Assembly: GCF_000150275.1 (NCBI RefSeq)
Contig: NW_002060950.1
Coordinates: 1,042,106-1,106,105, forward strand
Length of the DNA stretch: 64,000 nt
From: Trichoplax adhaerens
Lineage: Eukaryota; Animalia; Placozoa
Direction: 5' to 3'
Made by a program: the position numbers and the translations under genes. Each line of letters starts with the position of its first letter. The first letter of the stretch is position 1. This document shows, piece by piece, positions 10,938 to 22,000 of this stretch. The notes under the pieces are model-generated. The model saw only the letters and a list, made by a program, of their open reading frames with translations. It was not told the DNA's origin and did no database searches.

Positions 10938-13221
10938 ATGCTGTAATTATGCGATCTCAAGGGTTGAATCGATCAAACTAAATCGATTGCGCCTTCTGAA
11001 TTTAATGAAACATTAATTGTAGACATTAATGCTATAGTATTTAAAGAATAAATACCACGACTAGGGTATTTAAAAATTAATTATTAAATGTACTCTTTTT
11101 ACAAAACTGAATGTCTACAGTGCTAATTAAATACCTCAAGTATACTATTTGAAGATTTAAACAAATAAGATTAAATGTCAGTTTTTGCCCTCTAGGATTC
11201 AACACGATATAACGTTATACACGTATATATAGTAGACTATCGATTTTTTTAGTTATTATTCAAAATTTTGATATGCTATGTTAATTCAAGACGTTTATTA
11301 TTTTTATGCTCTCATTATTCCTAATTTTCCTTGAGAATTTATGTAGAATAGTTAATCTAGAATTCTGGTGTGATATTATAGTATTTTTTATTCTTTAATT
11401 GAATATCCACATATTTTTTAATACTTTATCTTTCTATCAGGCTGAGAATAGTGTTTATAGGAAAAGATTATATAGCGTAAAATAGTTATTCTTTAAGAGA
11501 GCGTACAAAGTACGATCAATTTATTGTAGATTTTAGTTTAGGATCTGTTCTGTTTTACCGTAACTGTTTTTATCGGTTTCCGTAATAGTTCCAGACTATT
11601 TCAACGAAATCTCAATATCCAAATAGAATATTTTTGTATTACATAAATAAAGTGTTTACAGCATAGCTGGATTACAATTATTTTATACATTGCATTCTTC
11701 TAATTTGCATACTGTATCAATTTTGGGGGGTTATTGGTTTTTGTGTGTACTAGCATTCACGAGGGAAGTCTATGAGATTGGAGCTATCATTGATGTTTTA
11801 ATCATCAGTGCATTGTCTTTGAGTACATTTGCGAATCCATGTAGCCTATTGGTTTCTGATAATTAATTAGCAATGGTAATCTATCTTCCTGTGTAGACCG
11901 ATTATAGTTGAATACTGCACAATCATTATTACAGTATACTGTATAATCATCTTTACTTTTGATAATGTAAAGCGTAAAGAGACATTGCTACTATAGAGGG
12001 ATTTTTGATGCTCATTGCAATGCATAAAAACACTTCTATAATGTCTATCTAGATTCATAAAGTATATCAGTAATAAAAAAAAGCCTATAATGGTGGACAG
12101 GTAGGCTTGTATGGTATTCTTGTAGACTCTTATACGTATCGTTGATATTTTTTCAATTGTCTAACATACTTTACCTGGAGAACCTATGAATAGTTAAGGT
12201 TCCTGGCCATGGCGTGTAGCCTTACTCTCTTAATAGTTACTGTAGTCCTATTAGCTCTAAAGACTGCATCTTGCTAATCCTTGGAGCTAGAGCAGATACT
12301 ACTAAAAAAATTATAGCATTTATAGGGACGATGTGCCATATCTTATTTTTTTATGTTACTACCAATAATATTTGAATTGAACATGATCTACGGCAAAGCT
12401 TCAATATGGCTAAAGTTCCGGGCTATTGCAGACTATTTCCAGTATTTTTGCTAGCTGTAAATGATGCATGTTGGTAGTTGTTAGCATTAAAGTAGGGGCT
12501 ACTAAAATACAGCAGCATTTGTAAAAAAAAAATAGGCCAGCTAACCATTTTTAACGATCCCTGGCTAGCAAAAGCATCAATGCAATAACAAATAGATTTG
12601 TTATACTGCTGATAGTACAGATACTTAAATATGATCAACGGCATACACAGTGCTAGCAGTGGCGATAGACCTAGTCCATGCCCTCTACTTGTTACTCATA
12701 GTCCAGTATACAATATTACGACATCCTTTTCGACTACGACCATCCATTTGCAAAGCTGGAGCTGCTAAAGCCTTCTTCTTTTCCCATTAGCATTGCTGTC
12801 TGAGAGCTGGCACTTACGATTAAGCCTCTATATCGAATAAGGTAAAGTAGACAAGACCTTAGAACCTTGCTAATCATTTTACTTAGTCATCTACCTAAAT
12901 AAATCGCTGTTGATATTGTTGCATTTTCATCACTATGACGCAAGCAACTGATTTCTAGATGTGCATATATCGTAGTTTAAGCTTGCACCTTGTCTACTGT
13001 TCAATATTGAACAACATCGATGAGGCAAAGCTATCATTTTAAATTAGCCATCTACTGCATAGGAACAAAATATTTATTGGCTGACTTTACCTACATATCC
13101 TATGGCTCATTGGTGTAGAATACAGAGTGTGTTGTTTACGATTGTATCTTGTCGATCATTAAGTTGGATAACTTCAAGATCCAATGATGTTGTCATCATT
13201 GGACTTGGCTATTTATGTAAA

Positions 13222-13810
13222 CAAATTGTTGATTGCGTTACTTTTCATCAGATTTGGATATTGGGTAGGCTTAGATCTTCATTTTAATCAAATTGTTGAT
13301 TGGGGGGTTACTTTTCATCAGAATTAGATACTGGCTAGGCTTAGATCTTGATTTAAATCAAGTTGTTGATTGGGTTACTTTCCATCAGAATTAGATCTTC
13401 ATCTAAATCAAGTTGTTGATTGGGTTACTTGCTATCAGAATTAGATATTGGGAAGGCTTCGATCTTCACCTAAATCAAGTTGTTGATTGGGTTACTTGCT
13501 ATCAGAATTAGATATTGGGTAGGCTTCGATCTTCATCTAAATCATGTTGTTGATTGCTTTACTTTCCGTCAGAATTAAATATTGGGCAGGCTTACATCTT
13601 CATTTCAATCAAGTTGTTGATTGGGTTACTTGCTATCAGAATTAGATATTGGGTAGGCTTAGATCTTCATTTCAATCAAGTTGTTGATTGGGTTACTTTC
13701 TACCAGAATTAGATATTGGGAAGCCTTCGATTTTTATTTCAATCAAGCTGTTGATTGGGTTACTTTCTACCAGAATTGGATATTGGATAGGCTTAGGTCT
13801 TTATTTCAAT
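13222..13810. repeat. 67-bp minisatellite, about 9 units (one shortened to about 50 bp)
   Basis: Consensus aagttgttgattgggttacttgctatcagaattagatattgggtaggcttagatcttcatttcaatc; unit starts at e.g. 13477, 13544, 13611, 13678, 13745. Confidence 0.95.
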
Positions 13811-13814
13811 CTAC

Positions 13815-14097
13815 TCTACACTCTGTACTTTACACTTAGGTCTTTTTCATCATTATGTTGGATCAGTTCAGCAGCACAAGCTCGGACCGTTTCGTTTGAT
13901 TTGACCTTCTAAGTAAACAAGTTGTTGTTTTATTCCATCAGGATAGTTTTTACTCTCAGATCATCCTTGAAGTTGGATTGGTACTCTTTATTTTACACTT
14001 GTGCCTTCTTTATCATCATGTTGGATGAGTTCATCCACATAAGATCGGATCATGTCGTTTGATTTTGCTTCTATGTAAACAAGTTGTTGTTACTTTA
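13815..14097. repeat. Diverged two-copy duplication (period about 165 bp)
   Basis: tttacactt...catcat.atgttggat.agttca...cgtttgattt...ttcta.gtaaacaagttgttgtt at about 13828-13930 and 13992-14092. Confidence 0.8.
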
Positions 14098-14262
14098 TAA
14101 ACACTTGCATACGGTACATCAAATTGTTAATTTTGATCATCATTCATCTGCGTAGAATAACTGATAGTCTGCATTTTCCACTGGCGAACATGCAAAACTA
14201 GGGAAGACGACTTTCTTCAGCGTTTAACTTTGTGATCGATGCTAATATACGGGTATAGATCA

Positions 14263-14613
14263 TCAATAAATTGTCGTTACTTTTCATCAGCATTCGAGCT
14301 CTTACGCCGACTTTCTTCACGTAAATATAATGTACAGTAGATAATTATAATTAATCAATTGATTATCGTTACTTTTCATCGTCTTTCGAGCTACTACGCC
14401 AATTTTCTTCATGTGTGTATAATGTACGATCGATAATTAATCAATTAATTGTCGTTACTTTTCATCAGCATTTCGAGCTATTACGCCAACTTTCTTCATG
14501 TGAGTATACTGTAACGTATAGTAAATAATTAATTAATCAATCAATTGCCGTTACTTTTTATCAGCATTCGAGCTCTTACGTAAATTTATTCATGTAAATA
14601 TAATGAACAGTAG
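14263..14613. repeat. About 90-bp tandem repeat x4
   Basis: tcaat..attgtcgttacttttcatcagcattcgagct.ttacgcc.actttcttca.gt..atataatgtac units start near 14263, 14353, 14439 and 14535. Confidence 0.9.
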
Positions 14614-15407
14614 GATCTTTCTAACTTTCTCGCCAAATAGATACTGTATGAAAACAGATTGAAATAAAGGCACAGATACTCTATTCTTTATTTCCCTGAA
14701 AATTGTAAACTCTTTACTGTCCCTTACTTTGTATCAGATCCACCTAAACAGTATAAGAACCTCAATTTTATGTCGTGAAGTTCAATCCAAGAAACAGCAT
14801 AAGTCTGAACAAGTTATCCATCTGTACTTCTGGCCATTTTATGTATCCATTTATCAAAAATGATTGATTCCCGTAACACTTCTATTAATGGAGGTGCTCT
14901 GAACTTTACTACTGCAATTACTTTTTCCTTTTAATAAACTGTATGAACTTTTTTATACCTGTGCTGTACCTCCAATTATTTTTCTTCATTGAATAAACTA
15001 TCCAAGCATATTTCACGCTAGTACCTCTAATTGTATATTGTTAAAGTAGACTAGATAGATTGGATAATGTTTTCAATGCCCTATGCAGTTTATCCACAAA
15101 TTCGATTAATCTAATGGTATTTTCATTCGTATTTCACAGTTACTACGATTATTTACATTTGTACCTTGTACGCATATATCATTTAATTACGGAAGCAGTA
15201 CCAGATCAAGCAATATTATCCATCATCTTTTTACTTAGCCAAAGAGTTGTCTATCGACTATAGACTTGATTAAAAGTATTTGATTCATTTCGTTACCTTT
15301 CTATCCATATGTAATTGCTAATTGGCATATATTTTTCCATTTAAATAGAACTTGTGGTGGTCATTTGTTATTCTTGAATACTCTAAACGACTCGACTCGT
15401 CATCAAT

Positions 15408-18161
15408 ATGAGCCAAATGCATCAGGAACGGCAGAAGGATCTGCCATGGATTATTTCTTTGCCTCCTAAGGTATCATTTTTCACCGGCCGACGTGATTTA
15501 ATACAACGTATTGACGAACAATTGCATTCTCCCGATGTTATAAATCAAGGGATGGCAGCCCTTGTTGGTATTGGAGGTGTTGGCAAATCTTGCTTAGCTT
15601 TACATTATGCCCATAGCAATATTCAGCAGTATAATATTGTCGCATGGCTTAATGCTGAAAATGAAATCTCATTACAAAATGACATGGTCAAGTTAGGCCA
15701 ACGAATTGTTGATTCTATGTCTGATGGTTCACATCGTATTCCACCAACACTGCATACATTGCAAACGTTAATGGAACAATATCAAAAGACACCAGCAATT
15801 CGCCATGATTTAACATCAGATTCCCTTAAACGCCAATCTAGAGATACACAATTATTAGAGCGTATTATTGAAGTTAGCAAAGATGCTTTAGATCAACAAT
15901 TAATAGGTCCATGGCTGTTAATTTATGATAATGTTCATCGTGTTAAAATGGTTAACAAGTATATTCCAACGATGCGCACTGGCCATATCATCTTAACATC
16001 TCGTCATCGTAGCTGGGATGATATGATTGAAATAGATATATTCAATCGGAAAACATCGATTGAATTTTTACATCGAGTGGTAGAACCACATGGTCATTCC
16101 CATCAACCGATAGAGAATGATGACGCTTGGGATAATATTGCCGATATCTTGGGTGATTTACCATTAGCACTTGCACAAGCTGCTCAATATATTAGAAGGA
16201 AAAAAATTAGCATTACAACTTATGTGGATCAATTTAAAAGTTTATATCAAAATTTATGGCAACAGGAAGCGCCATCGTCATCCTATAAGCAATACTTGAG
16301 TGAAAATGATGATCAATGTGTTGTTGTAGAGCACACTGTGGAGACAACATGGCAAATTGCCATCTCACAAGTTAGTTGTATCAATCCTACTGCTTGTGAT
16401 TTAAGCACGATTGCTGCTTACTTATCACCTAATAATATTAGCCGTGAATTATTAGTTCAATTAGGTGTTCGAATACTCCATGTAACTGAGAACGACGTTG
16501 AAATTGCTCTCGATTTATTACATGATTACTGCTTGATGAGTTGGAATGGGAACTGTTATAATATCCATCGTTTGTTACAATTAGTTATACGCCATAAGTA
16601 TCAAGATTCAGGTGTTGATCAAGTGGTGGTCGAGAAATTATTCCAGTATTATAGCGAAAGGCTTTACTATGATCGTCGTAATATTCAACAAACTCTTGCT
16701 AATATTGCTTTAATTGAACATTTTGAAATGGCTCGAAACTACCTCAATGTATATACACTCCATGATGGAAAAGAAGACAATTATCGCCATCGACAATTAG
16801 TTAATTCTGTCATTTTAAATGTAAGTCACATTTATTATAATTTAGCTAATATGGTTAGAGCTAAAGACTACGTCGATGAAGTCTTAACCTCGATACCATC
16901 ATCAACGACAGAAAAATTTATCAATGAAGGTATCCATGAAAACCAGCGGCATCAATTTAGTCGAGCCATTAAATTAAAAGGCAAAATCATTATGGAAATG
17001 AATGATTATGATAGCGCTCTTAATAATTTTCATCAAGCACTGGAATTAGAACGACAACATCAAAACACTTTACAAGAAGATATTGGTAAGACATTACAGC
17101 TTATCGGTCAAGCCAATTGTCGAATTGGGAAATTTGATATTAGTCGTCAATACTTACAGCAAGCAATTGAATTGCAAAGGCAACATCTAGGTGAAAATCA
17201 TCTAGATGTAGCTAAAACATATTTATGGCTTGGACGTGTAGCTAGTAAAACTGGTAATCTTACTGAAGCTTTGACGCATGCTAACAAGGCATTAAAAATT
17301 AAAAAACAACTACTTGGTGAAAGTAACCTCGATGTAGCTATGATCTACGAGACGATAAGTAATATTTGTCGTGAAAATTATAAATATGATGATGCTTTAC
17401 GCTACTTTCAGAACGCTATTGAATTTTATAAATTGCACTTGGGTGAGAATGCCCTTAAAGTAGCTGATGGATTGCATTCACTGGGCCGTATTTATCGCCA
17501 AGTTAAAGATCTTGATCAAGCCATGTCATGTGATGTTAATGCTTTAAACATTAAACAAAAACAATTAGGTCACGAGCATGTTAGCTTAGCTTATACCTAT
17601 GATGAACTTGGCTTAGTCTATATGGCGAAAAATGATTACGATAACGCTAAAGATAACCTAATGAAATCATTGCAAATCAAAATAAAACAACTTGGTGAAC
17701 AACATATGAATGTAGCTTATACACTAGATAAAATTGGTTTATTATATAAAGCCAATGAAAATTATTCCCAAGCCATGGAATCTTTTAATCAATCGTTGGA
17801 AATTAAAAAGAAACAACTTGGTGAAAATCATGCTAGTGCTGCATATACATATCATCAAATTGGAATCATCTATAAAGAAAAGGACGATTATATCAATTCG
17901 TTAAAGTATCTGCAGTGTGCATTAAAAATTAAAAGAGACAGCTTCGGTGACGATCATGTCCAAACATCTTATACTCTACATGAAATTGGGTTGTTGTATA
18001 AAAAATTTGGTGATTCTGATGAAGCAATACGATACTTGCAAAGAGCTCATGATACTAAAGTAAAACAGCTTGGTCAGGATCATATCCGAGCTCTGGATTC
18101 AATGGCTGAAATAAACGCTATCCGTGATCAAATAAAAAAAGTTAAAATCACAATAGTTTAA
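15408..18161 (+). CDS. STAND NTPase: NB-ARC + 42-aa TPR repeats, no N-terminal effector domain (917 aa, single coding exon)
   Basis: LPPKVSFFTGR; Walker A GIGGVGKS; VAWLNAENE; Walker B WLLIYDNV; sensor IILTSR; LGDLPLALAQAA; IHRLLQ. Eight 42-aa units of the type KKQLGENHxxVAxTYxxLGxxY. A candidate 5'UTR intron acceptor (ttaaatag) ends at 15348. Confidence 0.93.
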   Translation: MSQMHQERQKDLPWIISLPPKVSFFTGRRDLIQRIDEQLHSPDVINQGMAALVGIGGVGKSCLALHYAHSNIQQYNIVAWLNAENEISLQNDMVKLGQRIVDSMSDGSHRIPPTLHTLQTLMEQYQKTPAIRHDLTSDSLKRQSRDTQLLERIIEVSKDALDQQLIGPWLLIYDNVHRVKMVNKYIPTMRTGHIILTSRHRSWDDMIEIDIFNRKTSIEFLHRVVEPHGHSHQPIENDDAWDNIADILGDLPLALAQAAQYIRRKKISITTYVDQFKSLYQNLWQQEAPSSSYKQYLSENDDQCVVVEHTVETTWQIAISQVSCINPTACDLSTIAAYLSPNNISRELLVQLGVRILHVTENDVEIALDLLHDYCLMSWNGNCYNIHRLLQLVIRHKYQDSGVDQVVVEKLFQYYSERLYYDRRNIQQTLANIALIEHFEMARNYLNVYTLHDGKEDNYRHRQLVNSVILNVSHIYYNLANMVRAKDYVDEVLTSIPSSTTEKFINEGIHENQRHQFSRAIKLKGKIIMEMNDYDSALNNFHQALELERQHQNTLQEDIGKTLQLIGQANCRIGKFDISRQYLQQAIELQRQHLGENHLDVAKTYLWLGRVASKTGNLTEALTHANKALKIKKQLLGESNLDVAMIYETISNICRENYKYDDALRYFQNAIEFYKLHLGENALKVADGLHSLGRIYRQVKDLDQAMSCDVNALNIKQKQLGHEHVSLAYTYDELGLVYMAKNDYDNAKDNLMKSLQIKIKQLGEQHMNVAYTLDKIGLLYKANENYSQAMESFNQSLEIKKKQLGENHASAAYTYHQIGIIYKEKDDYINSLKYLQCALKIKRDSFGDDHVQTSYTLHEIGLLYKKFGDSDEAIRYLQRAHDTKVKQLGQDHIRALDSMAEINAIRDQIKKVKITIV

Positions 18162-19032
18162 GTATCAAGCAGCCCTATCGTAAATTTTGATTTTATAGTA
18201 TCTCGCTATGGCCACCTTGTAGTACTAATAGTTATATGGATTCTTTATGAGCCTTTTTACGTCCTATGGTATAAGATAGCTGTAAATCTTTTTACTGCTT
18301 CGCGACCCTACATATAATGCTAGTGGTTATGTGGATATTTTTGGAGTCTACATCATATGGTGTCATAAAGCTGTAAACGTTTATCTTCTTCTACTAATAG
18401 TAGGATGTGATCTAGATTTTAATACCTAATCATTTATTTTCAATTAGATAGTGTTCAACAAAACCTAAAGCATCAAATTATGTAAGACACTTATTATGAT
18501 TCTTATATCAAGAGTATTCTACTACTTGAAAGTCAAAATTAGGTAGCGTAATATAACTATTTTGTAATATTTTACTGATAATTATAATTGACGGTGAGTT
18601 TAATCAGCTATTCAAAGTTTGGCTTACAAAATCTTATCGAGTACTACTCTGAATTATTTGAGTAGCACTCATGTTGATCCCCTGCTTTCATATTTTTCCT
18701 CTTATGATGCTAGTTTAGTCACGAAATAATGAATCATCGGTTATTACTATTCAATATTAAGGTACTCAATTTTACCTCTGACAGTGAAAAACAAAATTTA
18801 TTGCAAGACATTTGATTTACAGACAGTTAATGCGTATGTAACCTAAATGTTCTGGAATCAATGAGACATTATGTAATGTACGAGTACTTTTTTTGTACTA
18901 TTGACTACAGGGTTATCTATGATTAGTGATGTGTCTACATTTATAAAATTTAATTTTTTATTCTAGGTATATCGTTATGTTTGTAGTAATTATCTAATCA
19001 AGCTACCTTTCCCGTTATATTTTATGTTCAAT

Positions 19033-22000
19033 CTAGCTTGAATCAACCTTTTTTATAATGTATAATACTCCTTTCCAATCTATTGTAACCAAAATTCGAA
19101 AATCATGAGTCCATAATAGCCTTTCACAGTCACTATATAAATAAAATTGTTGGACCATCGTATTTTCTTCCAGGCTATACCAGTTTATCTTATCATTAAC
19201 TGTTACAAAATATGGCTGATTACCATTTTCGTCTAGCCAATAACCTGATAGAAAATAACTTGCTAATATCTCTCTATTATCAAGGCTATCAAATTGTTTT
19301 ATTATCACAGCCAAAGAGATATTCCAAACCTAATGAAATTAAGTCAATGAATGACAATCAATATTGCACTATGTACAACGTAAATTGAACATAATCTCTA
19401 GCCATTAAAATACATGTTTATAACTCAATACATGATTCGATTTCTACATATCTATATTTCAAGTGAAAATAGCTATTAGGAAATGTCAAATGGGTTAAAA
19501 TGGCATTTTTGCAGATAGCAGTTGTAGTAAAATATCGCAAACTAGAATAGTCATAATAATAGAATAAGATAACCTACCTTAATAATTCCAGTATCACTTC
19601 CAGTTAGTAATAATTTGGCATCCGATGAGAAGTCACAACTCATGACGCTATAGCCATGTTGTAAACATTGGTACAACCGTAAACTTGGGTTATACCATAT
19701 CTGAAAATTATAGTCAAGTTAAGCACTAGTTAAAATAGGCTCGAAATGATCTAATGAAGCAACAAGGATTGCAAAGTAACGATAATTGATCTATATCTAA
19801 TGTTATACAGTTATTAATTTAATGTAGGATATCTGTCGCTATGAGCGATCTAATAATAACGTAGTGTGCTAATTTATCTATGCAGTACTTCAAACTGAAG
19901 TGGGCAGGGTAGAAAAATGTATATAATATGAATATATGTCTAAAGATGTTATATTGAGCTACATAATCAGTTAATAGCATGTAGATTTATACTGCATTTA
20001 CTAAATTTAAACTTTAGTAATGAATCTGTAACTAATTTAATAAATATTAACTAGTATATAAAGAGATACGAGAGATAAATTTTAAGTTAATTATTCAAAA
20101 TTGGCTTAAAATTTACGTTTGATTGTGTTCCCTGATCTTATCCCATGCATAATCGTAAGTTTTAGTATTCTCAATGTAGGTGATGTTTAAATAGCAATAG
20201 CACACTTTATTGATTTTTTAATAATATCAGGAGGAATCCTTCTATGCAATAGCATTACTAATGCATATGCAGTAATAGCTTCTGCTCATCTAATAATAAA
20301 GACAAGGAGTTCTCGGTGACCAACTGAAGGAAATTGACGAATATAAATGCCGACCTAAGCTGTATATTTAATTTAATAGTACTTTATTCAACCGTATACC
20401 TTAACAAGGCAATCATGGGATGCTGTAGCAATGAATGATTCATCTTTAGCAACACAGCAAGACCAAATAATGCCTTGATGACCTTGAATCTCAAGTATCA
20501 TTTCTCCAGTTCGCGGATGCCAAGTCTTGAAGTAAAAATCCAACAAGGAAGTAAAGTGTTTATAAGAGCAGTATGCAGATATCAGTTTTGTATCAAAGAA
20601 ATACAATCCATAATATGGCATAATATTACTGATAGCAGCTTTTGCATAAAAAGCTAAGTAACATGTTGATTTACCTTAATATAACCATCGTAACTGGCTG
20701 ATAGAATTCTTTCATCGTGATTTATGAAATTACAAAACGAAATTTTATCCATATGGCCATACAGTTGTGCAAGTAACTGACCATTCTTCGTATCTAGAAT
20801 CTAATTTGGAGACAGATATTAGACAAATCGAAGATGTGAATTGAAGCCTGTCATACTGTTGATTCAGTAAAGAATTATAAATAGAACTGTCTCTAAATCC
20901 ATAAAAGAGGTATGAATAAAGTATATCGCCTCAAATTTCTATCACGCCTGCGATTCATCGAAGCTTTGAAATAAGAAATATGTTGATTTAAATGTTGACT
21001 GATATTAAATCTTAATAATATATATAATATCGGTAATACAATAAAACCTAACATTTTTATAAAGTAATCCTAATGCACACTGAAATAATGATCAGCCTAA
21101 TAATCCTAGAATGAACAACACATTAATTTCACTACATCTAGTAGTGAATCATATTTTCGATAAGTGCATATTCAAGAGAGCTAACACTATCAGACTATGA
21201 TTGAATGGAAGTATGCAATACGAATTGATACGATTTGGAACTTTCCTAACTTGCATTCAATTTATATTTCATATATTGTGATCTGAGCAGATAGTCTTTG
21301 TTTTTAACTTAATCCTATCATGGTGCAACCTATGCAAGTAACATAATTTGGATAGAACTAACATAGATTGGGCATTGCGTTATTATTCCGTATAGAGCAA
21401 TCATCATGGTATCCTCTTTGCTGAATAAAAATTGTCGAATTTCATCTTCATAGTGTTGCACTGACCAGATGATGACATTCAGGTTGCTCGTTGGTAGATA
21501 CTGATTATGATCATTGGAAGAAAGATTTAGAACAGTATTCGACGCCAAATCATCGTTAGTGTATACTACTGTAGCGGTTGCAAATAACTTAAGTAATACG
21601 TTATAAAAAGCTAAGTCTATGTTTTAAAGGTAGCTAGATTCTAAATTACGTAGCTTTAATAGCTCTGTATAGATTAGTTAATTTTAAAATAATTTCAAGC
21701 CGTCTTCTGCTGAAGTAATATAACAATAGAAATGTTAATATGCTAATCAAGCTGCTTTACTATAATTTGGCCATTACTGCATCCAATAGCAATCCATCGG
21801 CAATCCCTAGACAATTTACAACACGTTACAGAGCCAGTTTCAATTTTAATTCGTTTTTTTAGAGTAGCTTTTAAACCATAGTAAACCTAAGATATGAAAA
21901 ACACAAAAGGTGATATTTTATGTTGTCGGTTGTCCATATGGATAATTAAGAGCTCTCAAATACGACTATAATTAATTAGTAATGATATTTTGTCGAAAAG

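Noticed and set aside
13222-13810. Regular array as a possible CRISPR
   Set aside because: Units are homologous along their whole length with no unique spacers, there are no cas genes, and the context is eukaryotic. It is a minisatellite.
13688-13912. 74-aa hydrophobic ORF (also 13102-13287)
   Set aside because: Translation of minisatellite or flanking sequence with no protein signature.
6384-18161. Bacterial contamination or symbiont insert explaining the intronless STAND genes
   Set aside because: Composition matches the flanks, there are spliceosomal acceptors upstream of both ATGs, an AATAAA follows gene 1, spacers are long and there is no operon structure.
20290-20353. Possible extra WD40 cassette exon in an APAF1 intron
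   Set aside because: In-frame stop, no donor, and too close to the upstream donor.
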